Source: Eubacteriales bacterium (GTDB taxonomy: Bacteria > Bacillota > Clostridia > Oscillospirales > CAG-272). From it: a DNA stretch of 64,000 bases. The stretch lies in contig JAZQMQ010000023.1 in NCBI GenBank assembly GCA_045543555.1, positions 5,446-69,445 on the forward strand, given 5' to 3'. This document shows, in pieces, positions 45,229 through 56,126 of this stretch; the stretch's first letter is position 1; each line of letters starts with the position of its first letter. The notes beneath the pieces are model-generated. The model saw only the letters and a program-made list of their open reading frames with translations. It ran no database searches and was not told where the DNA came from. The translations under genes and the position numbers were made by a program.

Positions 45229-46539
45229 TTATATCTTTTTTAATTTTGCTATAAAAAATCCGTCGGTGCCATGTTCATCGGGGAACAGTGTGATCGTCGC
45301 TTCACCTGAAGGCATTCCGTCAGAGCACAGGGAAAATTCCGAATTTTCATTGAGAAACCGATTGACAACTCCTTCATTTTCATCCTTATTCAGTGTGCAG
45401 GTAGAATAAACCAGTATTCCACTGCTTTTTACGTATTTCGATGAGCTGCATAGTATCTTATACTGAATATCGGGCAGCCTTGATATATCCTCATACGATT
45501 TGTAACGAAGATCGGGCTTTTTGGCAATAACCCCGAGACCTGAGCAAGGAGCATCGGTTAAAACTCTATCCGCCTTTCCTATAAACTCCTCTTTAGGTAA
45601 AGTGCCGTTGTGAACAGAAGCTTCAAGAATTGATATTCCAAGCCTTTCCGCGCCGCTTTTAACCAGAGAGAGCTTACTCTCATGAAGGTCAAGGCTTATC
45701 AGCCGCCCTCTGTTATTCATATCCATTCCGATTCCAAAGCTCTTACCTCCCGGACAGGAGCAGGTATCGATCACGGTTTCACCGTCTTTTGCACCCAGAG
45801 CGGCAACACAAAGCTGTGATGCCTCGTCCTGCACGTAGCACAGGCCGTTTTTTAATTCATCGAGCTCGCTGATTGCAACATTTTCGGTGAGTCTTATTCC
45901 GTTTTGAGAGAGTTTTGTTTTTTCTGCTTTTACACCCTTTTTTTCAAGCTCGCTTATAAGCTCGTCACGGGTTATTTTCAGGGTATTTACCCTTAACGTT
46001 ATGGTCGGATTTACATTGATTGAGAAAAGCAACTTTTCTGCTTTTTCTTCTCCGTAATCTTGATACCACTTTTCACATAGCCAAACAGGACAGGAATACT
46101 TTATGGAAAGATATCCAAAAAGATCTGCTTTTCTGTCGGGGAGGGGTAAAGAATTCTTATTTCGTGAAATATTTCGCAGAATTCCGTTTACAAAGCCCGA
46201 GGTTCCCTTGTGTGTATGCTTTTTAGCCAGCTCTACGCTTTCATTTACTGCAGCAGAATCGGGGGTGCGATCAAGATATATTATCTGATACGCTCCGAGC
46301 CTTAATATATGCAAAAGCTTAGGTTCTATCTTTTCACAAGGCTTGGACGAATAATGTCCTATAACATAATCCAAGCTGATCCTCTTCTCAATAACACCGT
46401 AGACGAGCGTGGTAAAAAATGCCTTATCCGATGAAGAAAAGCCGTGTTTTTTTATTGCGCTGTCAAGCTCAAGATTTGAAAACTTGTCGCCGTCGGCACA
46501 CTTTATAAGCGAAAGAAGTGCCGCTTCTCTTACGTTCAT
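45229..46539 (-). CDS. rsmB: 16S rRNA m5C967 methyltransferase
   Basis: NusB-like N-terminus, VQDEAS, DTCSCPGGKS, DAPCSG, YSTCT. Confidence 0.93.
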   Translation of the reverse strand: MNVREAALLSLIKCADGDKFSNLELDSAIKKHGFSSSDKAFFTTLVYGVIEKRISLDYVIGHYSSKPCEKIEPKLLHILRLGAYQIIYLDRTPDSAAVNESVELAKKHTHKGTSGFVNGILRNISRNKNSLPLPDRKADLFGYLSIKYSCPVWLCEKWYQDYGEEKAEKLLFSINVNPTITLRVNTLKITRDELISELEKKGVKAEKTKLSQNGIRLTENVAISELDELKNGLCYVQDEASQLCVAALGAKDGETVIDTCSCPGGKSFGIGMDMNNRGRLISLDLHESKLSLVKSGAERLGISILEASVHNGTLPKEEFIGKADRVLTDAPCSGLGVIAKKPDLRYKSYEDISRLPDIQYKILCSSSKYVKSSGILVYSTCTLNKDENEGVVNRFLNENSEFSLCSDGMPSGEATITLFPDEHGTDGFFIAKLKKI

Positions 46540-47231
46540 CAGTCTCTTCTTCCCCGTCCGCCATTAACGATCAGAATAAGACGAATAAGGGAGGCAAGGG
46601 ACACGAAAAGAGCCGCAATATAGGTCATAGCTGCCGCGGTAAGCACTTTTTTGGTGCCTCCGAGCTCATCTTCAAATAAATAGCCATCACCTTCGAGTAT
46701 CTTCATAGCCCTTTTGCTCGCATCAAGCTCGGTAGGAAGAGTGAGAAGCTGAAATACCGTACTCAAGCCAAACAGAATTATTCCTGCGTAAGCCAGAGGA
46801 TAGAAGCTGAACAAGATTCCAAGAATAACGAGGGGAATGCAAAGCTTAGATCCGAAATTTGCAGCCGGTACAATGGCATTTCTCATGGTAAGCGGAGCAT
46901 ATGCCTGTGCATGCTGAATAGCGTGACCTGCCTCATGCGCCGCTACGCCTATAGCAGCAACAGATGTGTTGCCGTAAACTGTCTCGGATAACGCTATGGT
47001 TCCGTTTTTGGGATCATAATGGTCTGTAAGATCACCTCTTACCCTCGTTATCGTAATGTGCTGAAGTCCGTTTGCATCAAGTATCCTTCTCACCGCAGTT
47101 TCCGCTGTCATACCCTTTCTGCTAAGGACTCTGCTGTATTTTGCGTAGGTAGACTTAACAGATGCCTGCGCCCACATTGCTAAAATAACAAACGGGAATA
47201 CTATAACTAGATATGTCCAATCAAAAAACAT
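46539..47231 (-). CDS. Neutral zinc metallopeptidase (YugP-like)
   Basis: LTDHYDP, AAHEAGHA, TLPTELDAS.RA. Confidence 0.88.
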   Translation of the reverse strand: MFFDWTYLVIVFPFVILAMWAQASVKSTYAKYSRVLSRKGMTAETAVRRILDANGLQHITITRVRGDLTDHYDPKNGTIALSETVYGNTSVAAIGVAAHEAGHAIQHAQAYAPLTMRNAIVPAANFGSKLCIPLVILGILFSFYPLAYAGIILFGLSTVFQLLTLPTELDASKRAMKILEGDGYLFEDELGGTKKVLTAAAMTYIAALFVSLASLIRLILIVNGGRGRRD

Positions 47232-47245
47232 AATTTACCTCACTT

Positions 47246-48184
47246 TCACATGGGAAAAGTCAATTTTTCCCCATCGCCGAGCGAATTTCCTCTCAAATAA
47301 TCGGAAGCGCTCATTCTCTTTTTCCCTGCAGGAAGTACCTCTGTTATTTCAAGGCAATTTCCGTCTCCGCAGGTTACGTACAGGCGGTTATCGTAAGAAC
47401 TAAGCTCACCTGCAGCATTGCCATATTTTTTATCGGTCATTTTTACGGACACAAGCTTTATCTGAGTTTCACCCCTCATAGCATATGCAAGAGGAAAGGG
47501 TGATAAACCTCTGATCCTATTAAAAAGCGCTCTTGCGGCAAGAGTGAAATCAAGCTTACAGTCGTCTTTTTCGATCTTCGATGCATAGGTTGCTAAAGAA
47601 TCTTCCTGTTTTTCAGGAACAATACTTCCGTCTATTATCTTAGGAAGGGTCTCGGTGAGGAGTGTTGCTCCCGATTCTGCCATTTTTTCAAAAAGAGTCT
47701 CAAAGTTATCTTCATCAGTTATAGGAACGATCGACTTTGCGAGCATATCTCCGGTATCAAGTCCCTCGTTCATATACATTATGGTAATACCCGTTTCCTT
47801 TTCACCGTCCATAAGCGCTCTTTGGATGGGTGCAGCACCTCTGTACTTGGGAAGAAGTGAGCCGTGAACGTTGATACAGCCGTATTTAGGATAATTTATA
47901 ACCGAAGGCGGCAATATTTTTCCGTATGCCGCAACGATTATTATTTCGGGGTCTATGTCGTGAAGAAGCTTATCAAATGCCTCATCCTTAAGTGTTTGCG
48001 GCTGATACACGGGCAGTCCCCTTTCGCATGCACAAACCTTAACCTCCGGAGGTGTAAGCACGTATTTTCTGCCCTTTGGCTTGTCAGGTTGGGTTATAAC
48101 CGTTATCTCGTTATTTCCGCAATCACAAAGTGCCTTAAGGGTATATACCGCAAAGTCCGGAGTTCCCATAAAAAGAATTCTCAT
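47246..48184 (-). CDS. fmt: Methionyl-tRNA formyltransferase
   Basis: FMGTPDFA, NVHGSLLPKYRGAAPIQ, GLDTGD. Confidence 0.96.
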   Translation of the reverse strand: MRILFMGTPDFAVYTLKALCDCGNNEITVITQPDKPKGRKYVLTPPEVKVCACERGLPVYQPQTLKDEAFDKLLHDIDPEIIIVAAYGKILPPSVINYPKYGCINVHGSLLPKYRGAAPIQRALMDGEKETGITIMYMNEGLDTGDMLAKSIVPITDEDNFETLFEKMAESGATLLTETLPKIIDGSIVPEKQEDSLATYASKIEKDDCKLDFTLAARALFNRIRGLSPFPLAYAMRGETQIKLVSVKMTDKKYGNAAGELSSYDNRLYVTCGDGNCLEITEVLPAGKKRMSASDYLRGNSLGDGEKLTFPM

Positions 48185-48204
48185 ATTATTTCGCCTTTCG
48201 AACG

Positions 48205-48681
48205 TCAGTGATCGTTAAGTTCCTCAGGGGAAAGCATCTTTATTGCACCGTCGGTATAAAGCTTACCATCCAGGTGGTCAAGCTCGTGACAGAAGCATCT
48301 TGCCTTAAGACCGCTTCCGGTGGCGGTAAACCATTCGCCGTTTCTGTTCTGAGCCTTAATAGTTACAGTCATTGGACGATCGGTAATTCCCCATTCATCC
48401 GGAATTGAAAGACAACCCTCAAGTTCCTGCTGTCTGTCCTCGGATACAGATACTATCTCGGGATTTATAAGCTCGAGCAACTCCCCCGGCTCGGTCTCAA
48501 CAAGAACGACTCTGCGGAGAACACCTACCTGCACCGCTGCAAGACCGGCGCCCTGTGCCTTGTGAAGAGTATCCTTCATATCGTCGAGCAGACGTATTAT
48601 TCTGGGGGTTATTTCCTCAACGGGACGGCTTTTTTTGCGGAGAAGCCCATCCTCTTTTGTAATTATCTTAAGAATTGCCAT
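48205..48681 (-). CDS. def: Peptide deformylase
   Basis: GAGLAA.Q, EGCLS, HELDH. Confidence 0.96.
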   Translation of the reverse strand: MAILKIITKEDGLLRKKSRPVEEITPRIIRLLDDMKDTLHKAQGAGLAAVQVGVLRRVVLVETEPGELLELINPEIVSVSEDRQQELEGCLSIPDEWGITDRPMTVTIKAQNRNGEWFTATGSGLKARCFCHELDHLDGKLYTDGAIKMLSPEELNDH

Positions 48682-48699
48682 TTTATTTTACCTTCCTTT

Positions 48700-51162
48700 T
48701 TAAAGATTCGTGGGATTAACGTCAACTGATATTCCCACACGCTTTCCGACTGATCTTGAAAGCTCGGAATATGCTTCGGAAACGAGCTTTCTTGTGACCG
48801 CATTCATTCTGCATTTTATCACCAGTCTCATTCTGTATATACCGTTAAGTTTATACAACGGTGCCTCAAGCGGACCGAAAACTACCGTTTTTGCATCTTG
48901 ATATTTTTCATTGTTCAGGGTCTTAAACGCCTTCTCAAAGCCGCATATTGCGCTTAACAGCTCGTTTTCCGCTTCGCTTGACAGGGTAAACATCACCATA
49001 TCGCAAAACGGCGGAAAAACAAGTGAACGCCTGAGCGCGATCTCGTTTTTATACATACTTTCGTAGTCCTGATCACGCGAAAGCTTGAGTATCGGGTGAT
49101 CGGGATTTCCCGTTTGTATCAGCGCACAGCCCTTTTTGTCGGAGCGTCCCGACCTGCCTATAACCTGTGTCAGTAGCGAGAACGTTCTTTCGTTTGCCTT
49201 GTAATCGCTTAAATACAAAGAAGAATCTGAATTTATTACACCCACAAGAGTAACGTTCGGGAAGTCGTGCCCCTTCGTTACCATTTGTGTTCCTATAAGT
49301 ATATCCCCTTCACCCTCGCGGAATGCGGAAAGTATCGCATCGTATGAAAATTTTGTTTGCGTGGTATCGGCGTCCATACGCATAACTCTTGCCTGCGGAA
49401 AAAGCCTATTAAGCTCCTCCTCGATCATTTGAGTACCGTATCCGACGTGCTTCAGCTTTTCATTTCCGCATGTCGGGCATTTTTCCGGAGGCAGCGTTTT
49501 TGATCCGCAATAATGACAGTAGAGGTAACCCCTGCCGAAATTGGACGTATGGTAGGTATATGACACCGAGCAGTGAGGACACATAAGCACCTGTCCGCAA
49601 AGGGGGCAGGATAAGAAACGATTGTATCCTCTCTGATTTATAAACAGTATTGCCTGTTCACCGCGCGAGAGAGTCTCTGAAATTTTGCTTTTCAGCTGAC
49701 TTCCGATCGGTGATGCGTTACCCGCCCTCGCATCAGGGCGTACGTCGGTTATAAGTGCTTCGGGGAGCGTTGCTTCACCGTAGCGTTCTTTCAGCGTTAT
49801 AAGGGAATATTTGCCGCCTAGAGCCTTCATATAGCTCTCAAGCGACGGTGTTGCGGAGGAAAGAAGCATGACCGCGTTTTGCTTGGCACAACGGTATCTT
49901 GCAATATCCCTTGCGTGATATTTCGGATCCATATCCGATTTATAGGTATGCTCCTGCTCCTCATCTATTACGATAAGACCGAGATTTTTAAACGGAGCAA
50001 ACACAGCGGACCTTGTACCGATACAAACGCTTGCCTCTCCGCTTCTCATTTTTCTCCACGCATCATATCTCTCGCCTCTTGAAAGGCCCGAATGGACAAC
50101 GACGGTCTTATCACCGTAATGAGAACGAAAAATATTAACCATTTGGGGCGTAAGTGAAATTTCGGGCACAAGAAGTATTACCGATTTTCCTAGGTTTATA
50201 ACGTGATCCATCACCTCGCGTATTACCGAGGTCTTACCGCTTCCCGTTACGCCGTGAAGAAGCGCGGCTTTAGGCTCTCCGCTGTCGATAAGCGCGGTTA
50301 TCTTATCCTTTGCGGCATTTTGCTCGTCGGAAAGCACTATTTCTCTATCTGATAAAAGCTTTTTATTCTTATATGGATCCCTGAAGCTGTCCTCTTTGGT
50401 CAGAGTTACAATGCCGCGTTCTATGAGCGGCTTGAATACCGTTTTTGCCACGTCATAACGGTCACGGAGCTCATTTAAAGTCATATTCCCCGTAACCGAT
50501 AGAATTTCAAGAGCGTCCTTCTGCTTTGCGCCTCTCACAAGCGCGCAGAGCTCATCAGTTGACATATCGGCATATTCTTTTGATATATGAACGCTCTCGA
50601 TAACGGGTGAACGGCTTTCGGTAAATTCAGTTTGTCGTGAAAGAAGCCCCTCATTAAAGAGCCGCACCAGCATTGCCGACGCACTCGGTCCATATTCCTT
50701 TACGGCGCTTTCCGTATCGGTCTTACACTTGGCAATTATGTATCGCAAAAGTGCCGCAGACTTAGGTGGGATCTCGTCGATGATCTCCCTGCCCTTTACA
50801 GTAACGGAATATACCTCCTTAACCTTTGTAAGAGCAGCCGAGGGAAGTATAGCCTTTACCGCATCTCCCACTGTACACAAAAAGTGCTCCTTCATATACA
50901 GACAAAGACCTATCATCTCGCCGTCCAGAACGATACTGTCGCAAACGGGAGCTATGACAGGCTTAAGCGCCGTATAATCGGAAGCACCGGAAAGCTCGCA
51001 GACAAGAGCGAGCTGCTTTCGGTTACCCCCGCCGAAGGGCACGGCAACAAAGCCGCCCACCTTGAGTAAGCCTCTCAGCTCGTCGGGGATATAATAATCG
51101 TAGAGCTTATCAATATGGTACGGCGCATCAAGCAGATATACCCGAGCAACCGAAAATTCCAT
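48700..51162 (-). CDS. priA: Primosomal protein N'
   Basis: GVTGSGKT, DEEQE, four CxxC pairs, GTQMVTKGHDF. Confidence 0.96.
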   Translation of the reverse strand: MEFSVARVYLLDAPYHIDKLYDYYIPDELRGLLKVGGFVAVPFGGGNRKQLALVCELSGASDYTALKPVIAPVCDSIVLDGEMIGLCLYMKEHFLCTVGDAVKAILPSAALTKVKEVYSVTVKGREIIDEIPPKSAALLRYIIAKCKTDTESAVKEYGPSASAMLVRLFNEGLLSRQTEFTESRSPVIESVHISKEYADMSTDELCALVRGAKQKDALEILSVTGNMTLNELRDRYDVAKTVFKPLIERGIVTLTKEDSFRDPYKNKKLLSDREIVLSDEQNAAKDKITALIDSGEPKAALLHGVTGSGKTSVIREVMDHVINLGKSVILLVPEISLTPQMVNIFRSHYGDKTVVVHSGLSRGERYDAWRKMRSGEASVCIGTRSAVFAPFKNLGLIVIDEEQEHTYKSDMDPKYHARDIARYRCAKQNAVMLLSSATPSLESYMKALGGKYSLITLKERYGEATLPEALITDVRPDARAGNASPIGSQLKSKISETLSRGEQAILFINQRGYNRFLSCPLCGQVLMCPHCSVSYTYHTSNFGRGYLYCHYCGSKTLPPEKCPTCGNEKLKHVGYGTQMIEEELNRLFPQARVMRMDADTTQTKFSYDAILSAFREGEGDILIGTQMVTKGHDFPNVTLVGVINSDSSLYLSDYKANERTFSLLTQVIGRSGRSDKKGCALIQTGNPDHPILKLSRDQDYESMYKNEIALRRSLVFPPFCDMVMFTLSSEAENELLSAICGFEKAFKTLNNEKYQDAKTVVFGPLEAPLYKLNGIYRMRLVIKCRMNAVTRKLVSEAYSELSRSVGKRVGISVDVNPTNL

Positions 51163-51179
51163 TGTCGTATTCCTCAGAA

Positions 51180-51473
51180 TCAGTAATTGCAGGTGAGATC
51201 GATGGAAGAATCGTCGATGCGGTATTCACCATCATTTAGACGGTTGATTCCGATGCGAACTGCCTTTTCGTCGCGGAAATCCTTTTTAATGAGGGCGGCA
51301 AGGCTCTTGTCGGTCTCCTTATTTGCAAGCATTCTTTCAGCAGTTTCTCTCTGAGCTACGTACTCGTCGGTTACTGCTCTTGCGCACTTTGCAACAGCTA
51401 TAACGAGTGTGTAACGGTTATATTTATTGTCCTGTGTAAGCTTGTCGAGTGAGGGTGTTATCATATTATTCAT
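51180..51473 (-). CDS. rpoZ: RNA polymerase omega subunit
   Basis: PSLDKL..NRYTLVIAVAK.AR; located between gmk and priA. Confidence 0.8.
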   Translation of the reverse strand: MNNMITPSLDKLTQDNKYNRYTLVIAVAKCARAVTDEYVAQRETAERMLANKETDKSLAALIKKDFRDEKAVRIGINRLNDGEYRIDDSSIDLTCNY

Positions 51474-51501
51474 AGCTAAAATTCCTTTTCTGTGCTTTAT
51501 A

Positions 51502-52128
51502 TTATTTATTGAAAAACAGCTTCTGCATAGCATCGATGTTACGAAGTGAACGATGCTGTTCGCCTTTTACTATTTCGTATATTGCTTCTGCGGCTTCGTG
51601 AGCCTTTCCGTCGTCGTTTACAACCAGATAATCGTAATTGCTGACAAGAACGAACTCCTCAAGAGCTCGCTTCATGCGGTTTTCTATATCGTCAGCGGTA
51701 TTTGTGCCTCTGTTTACAAGACGGCTTTTAAGAGTCTCGTAATCGGGAGGAAGGATAAACACCGCAACGCTTTCGGGGAAAAGACGCTTTATGTTCATAG
51801 CGCCCTCAACCTCGATCTCAAGAATGAGGTTTTTACCCTCGTCGAGCTTATTAAGCTCGCTTTTCAATGTTCCGTAATAGTTACCGCAATACTCAGTGTA
51901 TTCGATAACTCCGCCGTTTTTGATCTTGTCTTCAAACTGCTCGCGTGTTATGAAGTGATATTCTCTGCCATCAACCTCACCGGGCCTGGGCTGACGCGTC
52001 GTTGCAGATACCGAAAATACAAATTCCGGATGATTCTTCATGAGTATCGAGTTTACGGTTCCCTTTCCGGTTCCCGCAGCACCCGAAACAACAAGCAATA
52101 TTCCTTTTGGTTCCTTAAGTGTCGTCAT
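51502..52128 (-). CDS. gmk: Guanylate kinase
   Basis: SGAAGTGKGT, SATTR.PRPGE.DG..Y.F, YYGT. Confidence 0.93.
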   Translation of the reverse strand: MTTLKEPKGILLVVSGAAGTGKGTVNSILMKNHPEFVFSVSATTRQPRPGEVDGREYHFITREQFEDKIKNGGVIEYTEYCGNYYGTLKSELNKLDEGKNLILEIEVEGAMNIKRLFPESVAVFILPPDYETLKSRLVNRGTNTADDIENRMKRALEEFVLVSNYDYLVVNDDGKAHEAAEAIYEIVKGEQHRSLRNIDAMQKLFFNK

Positions 52129-52129
52129 G

Positions 52130-52399
52130 TTATTCCTCCTCGTCGGAATCGGTGTTGTCAGTAGCGTCACCGTTAAGACGGTTTGATATAGTTTCTGCCT
52201 GAATTGCGGAGAGGATAACGTGATCCGAATCGGTAATTATTACCGATCTGGTTCTTCTTCCACAGGTTGCATCGATAACTCGTCCCGAATCTCTTGCGTC
52301 CTGTATCAGTCTTTTCATTGGTGAGGATTCGGGGCTGACCAAGGTCACGACCCGTCCCGCATTTACCATATTACCGAAGCCTATACTGATAAATTTCAT
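52130..52399 (-). CDS. remA: RemA/DUF370 family protein
   Basis: [27 protein letters not shown]. Confidence 0.9.
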   Translation of the reverse strand: MKFISIGFGNMVNAGRVVTLVSPESSPMKRLIQDARDSGRVIDATCGRRTRSVIITDSDHVILSAIQAETISNRLNGDATDNTDSDEEE

Positions 52400-52412
52400 A
52401 GTCCTTCATCCT

Positions 52413-53300
52413 TTATTCGAGGTTTTGAATTTGCTCTCTTATCTTCTCAAGCTCACATTTTGCATCGACAACGAGCGCTGTGATCGAGCTGTCATTACAC
52501 TTTGAACCCGTGGTATTTACCTCTCGGTTCATCTCCTGAAGGAGAAAATCGAGACGTCTTCCAACAGGCTGCGAACTGTTCATGGCCTCGTCAAAGGCTT
52601 TAAAATGGCTTTCAAGGCGCACAAGCTCCTCGTCAACCGCCACCTTGTCCGCAAAAATAGCGCACTCGGTAAGTATTCTCTGGGAGTCAAACTCCATATC
52701 CATCTCGCCAATATGCTGACGAAGTCTGGCTTCAAGTCTTTCGCGGTAAGATTCGGTTTGAACAGCGGAAAGCTCACCGATCTTCTTTGCAAGAGAAGCA
52801 AGATTGTATCTCTTTACCATAAGATCAGCCTTAAGATTTTCGCCCTCTCTTTCACGTTCGGAATTGAACGCGGCAATAGCCTGCTCAAGAACCGGCTTAA
52901 AATCCTCCCAATCGCGTTCTGCGTCCTCCTCGGGCTTTTTTACAAGGAACAGATCGCGGTTTGCGGCAACCGACATCGTTGAGATATCGTCGGAAAGCGA
53001 AAACTCGTCCCTTAGCTTACGAAGCGCCGCAATATAGCCCTCTGCGTATGCGGTGTCGAGCTCTACGGTCGTACCGAGGCTCTCGGTGATCTCAACCCCC
53101 ACATAAACCTCAATTTTACCTCTCGATATACCGCTTTCCTTTATGAAGGAAATGATCTTTTCCTCAAGAAATCCGTACGCACGGGGAAGCTTAACGAAGC
53201 AATCGAGGTATCTGTTGTTTACCGAGCGTATCTCGCAAACGAAATTTTTTCCTCCCGCAGTGCCCGTTGCACGTCCGAATGCAGTCATACTTTTGATCAT
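52413..53300 (-). CDS. yloC: YicC/YloC family endoribonuclease
   Basis: SMTAFG, SVNNRYLD, EELVRL.SH, GRRLDFLLQEMNRE.NT.GSK, REQIQNLE. Confidence 0.93.
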   Translation of the reverse strand: MIKSMTAFGRATGTAGGKNFVCEIRSVNNRYLDCFVKLPRAYGFLEEKIISFIKESGISRGKIEVYVGVEITESLGTTVELDTAYAEGYIAALRKLRDEFSLSDDISTMSVAANRDLFLVKKPEEDAERDWEDFKPVLEQAIAAFNSEREREGENLKADLMVKRYNLASLAKKIGELSAVQTESYRERLEARLRQHIGEMDMEFDSQRILTECAIFADKVAVDEELVRLESHFKAFDEAMNSSQPVGRRLDFLLQEMNREVNTTGSKCNDSSITALVVDAKCELEKIREQIQNLE

Positions 53301-53416
53301 AACATTTATCCTTTCAAAAGAAACAAGAATAAAACCGGTAGTCCCTCCCCGGATTCTCGTATTCTTTCTTTCATTTCATTTTACTATTTTTGCCCGCGTT
53401 TGTCAATGAAAAACGC

Positions 53417-53953
53417 TCATTTTTCAAAATACTTTTCTATTTTCAGCTTTTTTCTGAGCTTTGTGAAATACATCGTCAGAAGCTTGGTCATCGCAACGTC
53501 ATACAGTATAAATGCGGCGTTGCCGAGAGCGTAAAGTCCGATCGAAAATTTCTCGTCATCGATTCCGAAAAGATATTTCGATCCGATGACCATTACCGTT
53601 ATAACCGCGTTAAAATATATCAGCTTTATTATCCAACCCGGGATATTTGGAATACGCTCCACAAGTCTTTTTAAGATAGGATATATTCCTCCGAATATCA
53701 GATACAGAAAGGCTGCGTATTTATCGGGCAACAAAAGTATCGACAGTATTCCCGTAACGAAATATATCAAATACTGGTAGGGCGTTCCAAGCTCAAGCAC
53801 GGCAAAATAAATTAGTATCGATGCCATTGCGACCATTGTAAGATCCAGCGCGGAGAGCACGGAGCCCAAAGTAAGCATCACAAAACCGAGGGCGCAAAGC
53901 ATTGCAGACAATGCGAGCCTTTTCGTGCCGCGTTTTACGTTGTTTTTCTTCAT
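53417..53953 (-). CDS. Conserved hypothetical membrane protein
   Basis: About 5 hydrophobic helices; appears to share an operon with the DnaJ-domain gene. Confidence 0.7.
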   Translation of the reverse strand: MKKNNVKRGTKRLALSAMLCALGFVMLTLGSVLSALDLTMVAMASILIYFAVLELGTPYQYLIYFVTGILSILLLPDKYAAFLYLIFGGIYPILKRLVERIPNIPGWIIKLIYFNAVITVMVIGSKYLFGIDDEKFSIGLYALGNAAFILYDVAMTKLLTMYFTKLRKKLKIEKYFEK

Positions 53954-53963
53954 AGCTTTTTGC

Positions 53964-54596
53964 TTAACAGCATCTTATACAGTCGCCACCGCAGCATTCA
54001 CAGCAGCAGTCCGCACACATAAGACCCGTACATATATCACAGCCACTGATGCCGCCTCTGTCCATACGGTATCCGCCACCATAGGAATTTGATCTTGCTC
54101 TTATATTCATAAGGGCACTTCTGTATTCCTGATTGTCGGGATCCATATAGCAAGCGGTCTCAAAGTACTTCTGAGCGTCGTAAAACCAATTCTTCTGAGC
54201 CAACACACAGCCCTTAAGGAAATTCCACTCCGCGTTTCTGCAGGTAGCAGGCATGGAATTGAGTATGAGATCAGCATCGGCAAATCTTTCGGAATTGATA
54301 TATTCTCTTACACGGCGGAATTCCTCAGCATTTTCACCGCTGTAGGTGTTTCCGTAGTAGGTATTCCCTCCGTATGTGCCGCCCGAGGTCTGTCCGCTCT
54401 GAGCTTCTGCGCGCAGCTTTTGTATTTCGGCATAAGCCTGGTTGATCTCCTTCATCTTTTCACCCGCAAGCTCGGCAAGCGGTGTGCCTGCATAGTTGTC
54501 GGGATGATATTTTCTTGCCAGCTCTCTGTATGCCTTTTTTATCTCGTCGTCACTCGCGTCGCGGGAAACGCCGAGTATCTTATAGGGGTCGGTCAT
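53964..54596 (-). CDS. J-domain protein with a TPR-like region and a Cys-rich C-terminus
   Basis: DPYKILGV...[14 protein letters not shown]; tail [25 protein letters not shown]. Confidence 0.88.
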   Translation of the reverse strand: MTDPYKILGVSRDASDDEIKKAYRELARKYHPDNYAGTPLAELAGEKMKEINQAYAEIQKLRAEAQSGQTSGGTYGGNTYYGNTYSGENAEEFRRVREYINSERFADADLILNSMPATCRNAEWNFLKGCVLAQKNWFYDAQKYFETACYMDPDNQEYRSALMNIRARSNSYGGGYRMDRGGISGCDICTGLMCADCCCECCGGDCIRCC

Positions 54597-54609
54597 AATG
54601 ACTGTCCTT

Positions 54610-55449
54610 TCATGCTTTAGTACTTTTATGTTCCTGTTTATGTAAAACGTTTTTTGCTCTTTGAGTCATTCCAAGATATATTATGTTATTCAGTATATCC
54701 ATTATTCCGCTGTCATACGGAGTTATCAGCGCCATAGCTCTTGACACTCCCTCAAGTTCAAGATTCAGAGAGCATTCAAGCCTTTCGGGATCAAACTCGG
54801 TAAGCGGATTGAATTCGCCTCTTTTTTTATCCTTATCAAAATCGTCGGCTGCATCCAAAATATATATCCATTTACCCGTATGATATCCTATTTCGTAGGA
54901 TATCAGCTGTTTTTCGCCCTCATATCCGTAGGAAAACACAAGACCCAACAGCTCACCGAATTTCGAGGCGCAACCGTCTACTGAGGTATTATCTTGATGC
55001 TCCTCGCGGTCAAGGATTTCAAGAAGCTCCTCAATGCCCTTATCAAGTTCGCCTAAATGAGCCTTTTTTCTCATTCTTTTTGCCGACAAGAGCAAAAGCT
55101 TTACCCCTATTCGCTTTATCCCGCGTTTATCCTTAACGTCATCAGCGATGTTATGATAAGCAAGAAGCGAGCCTGCCTTTGCGGAATATTCCAACACCGA
55201 ATTAGGCTTCATTATCACTCTTTTTTTGAATGGAGAAAGTCCGCATCTTCCTTTTTTAAATGAAAGCTCCTCGTTTTCCAGCAAAAATCTGACAAGGCAC
55301 AAGAAAACAATATCGTAGCTTAAGGTCAATCTCGATTCCGAGCAGACCTTTTGCCCCATAGTCTTACACAGACCGCAATATACACTCTTGTAAAACTGCT
55401 GTTCCTTGACCTTGAGCTCAGTTTCAAGGGGAGTTACGTATCCAAACAT
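54610..55449 (-). CDS. DUF5685-like protein
   Basis: [28 protein letters not shown]...D.K...FNP. Confidence 0.75.
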   Translation of the reverse strand: MFGYVTPLETELKVKEQQFYKSVYCGLCKTMGQKVCSESRLTLSYDIVFLCLVRFLLENEELSFKKGRCGLSPFKKRVIMKPNSVLEYSAKAGSLLAYHNIADDVKDKRGIKRIGVKLLLLSAKRMRKKAHLGELDKGIEELLEILDREEHQDNTSVDGCASKFGELLGLVFSYGYEGEKQLISYEIGYHTGKWIYILDAADDFDKDKKRGEFNPLTEFDPERLECSLNLELEGVSRAMALITPYDSGIMDILNNIIYLGMTQRAKNVLHKQEHKSTKA

Positions 55450-55563
55450 TATTACCTCTGAAGTTTCAACGGTATATAGAGTATATTATACCGCCTTTCT
55501 TCAAAAAAGTCCATAATTACGCCTTTTTTCTTACAAAACCGTCACACATTATTCACAAAAAGG

Positions 55564-55851
55564 TCAAATCATTTCTTCTATTACGTCCATCGCCCCGATT
55601 GGCGTTACCGTATTCCCTGCAAAAAGCTCTACTATTTTCTCTGCCTTCTCACGTACAGACGTAACGTCAGGCAACACGCTAATATCCCCATCACATTCAC
55701 ATACTATTGTATAAGACTCACGCTTGCCCCATTCCTCATCAAAAACGGTCTTTCTGAATAATCTGTAACTAATTTCCGGACAGTCACAGGTTTTTTCAAC
55801 CGTCCTTTCCATTATTATGCATTCGCTTTCAAGCACATTTCCGTCGAACAT
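55564..55851 (-). CDS. Small hypothetical protein (DUF6514-like)
   Basis: DVT....A..I.ELF..NTVTP...DVIE pattern; GGGAG RBS. Confidence 0.55.
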   Translation of the reverse strand: MFDGNVLESECIIMERTVEKTCDCPEISYRLFRKTVFDEEWGKRESYTIVCECDGDISVLPDVTSVREKAEKIVELFAGNTVTPIGAMDVIEEMI

Positions 55852-56126
55852 TTCATTTTCTCCCGATCAGATTTTAACCTTCAAGATTCTATCATCATAA
55901 TTGGACCTTGTAAATAAGTTTTCTTATTATCAAAATTGGGCGCAAGACGGTTATTTCGGATATTTTATACTTTTTATTCGACAAAAACTTTAAAAATTCG
56001 ATTTTATTCGCTATTGCTTTGTATTATTCAATTCACTGCATATTTTCGCGGTTTTTATGTATATTTTCTTGTGCCGGATTAAAACAATATCCCCGAAAAC
56101 GTTTGTTAACGTTATCGGGGGTATCA

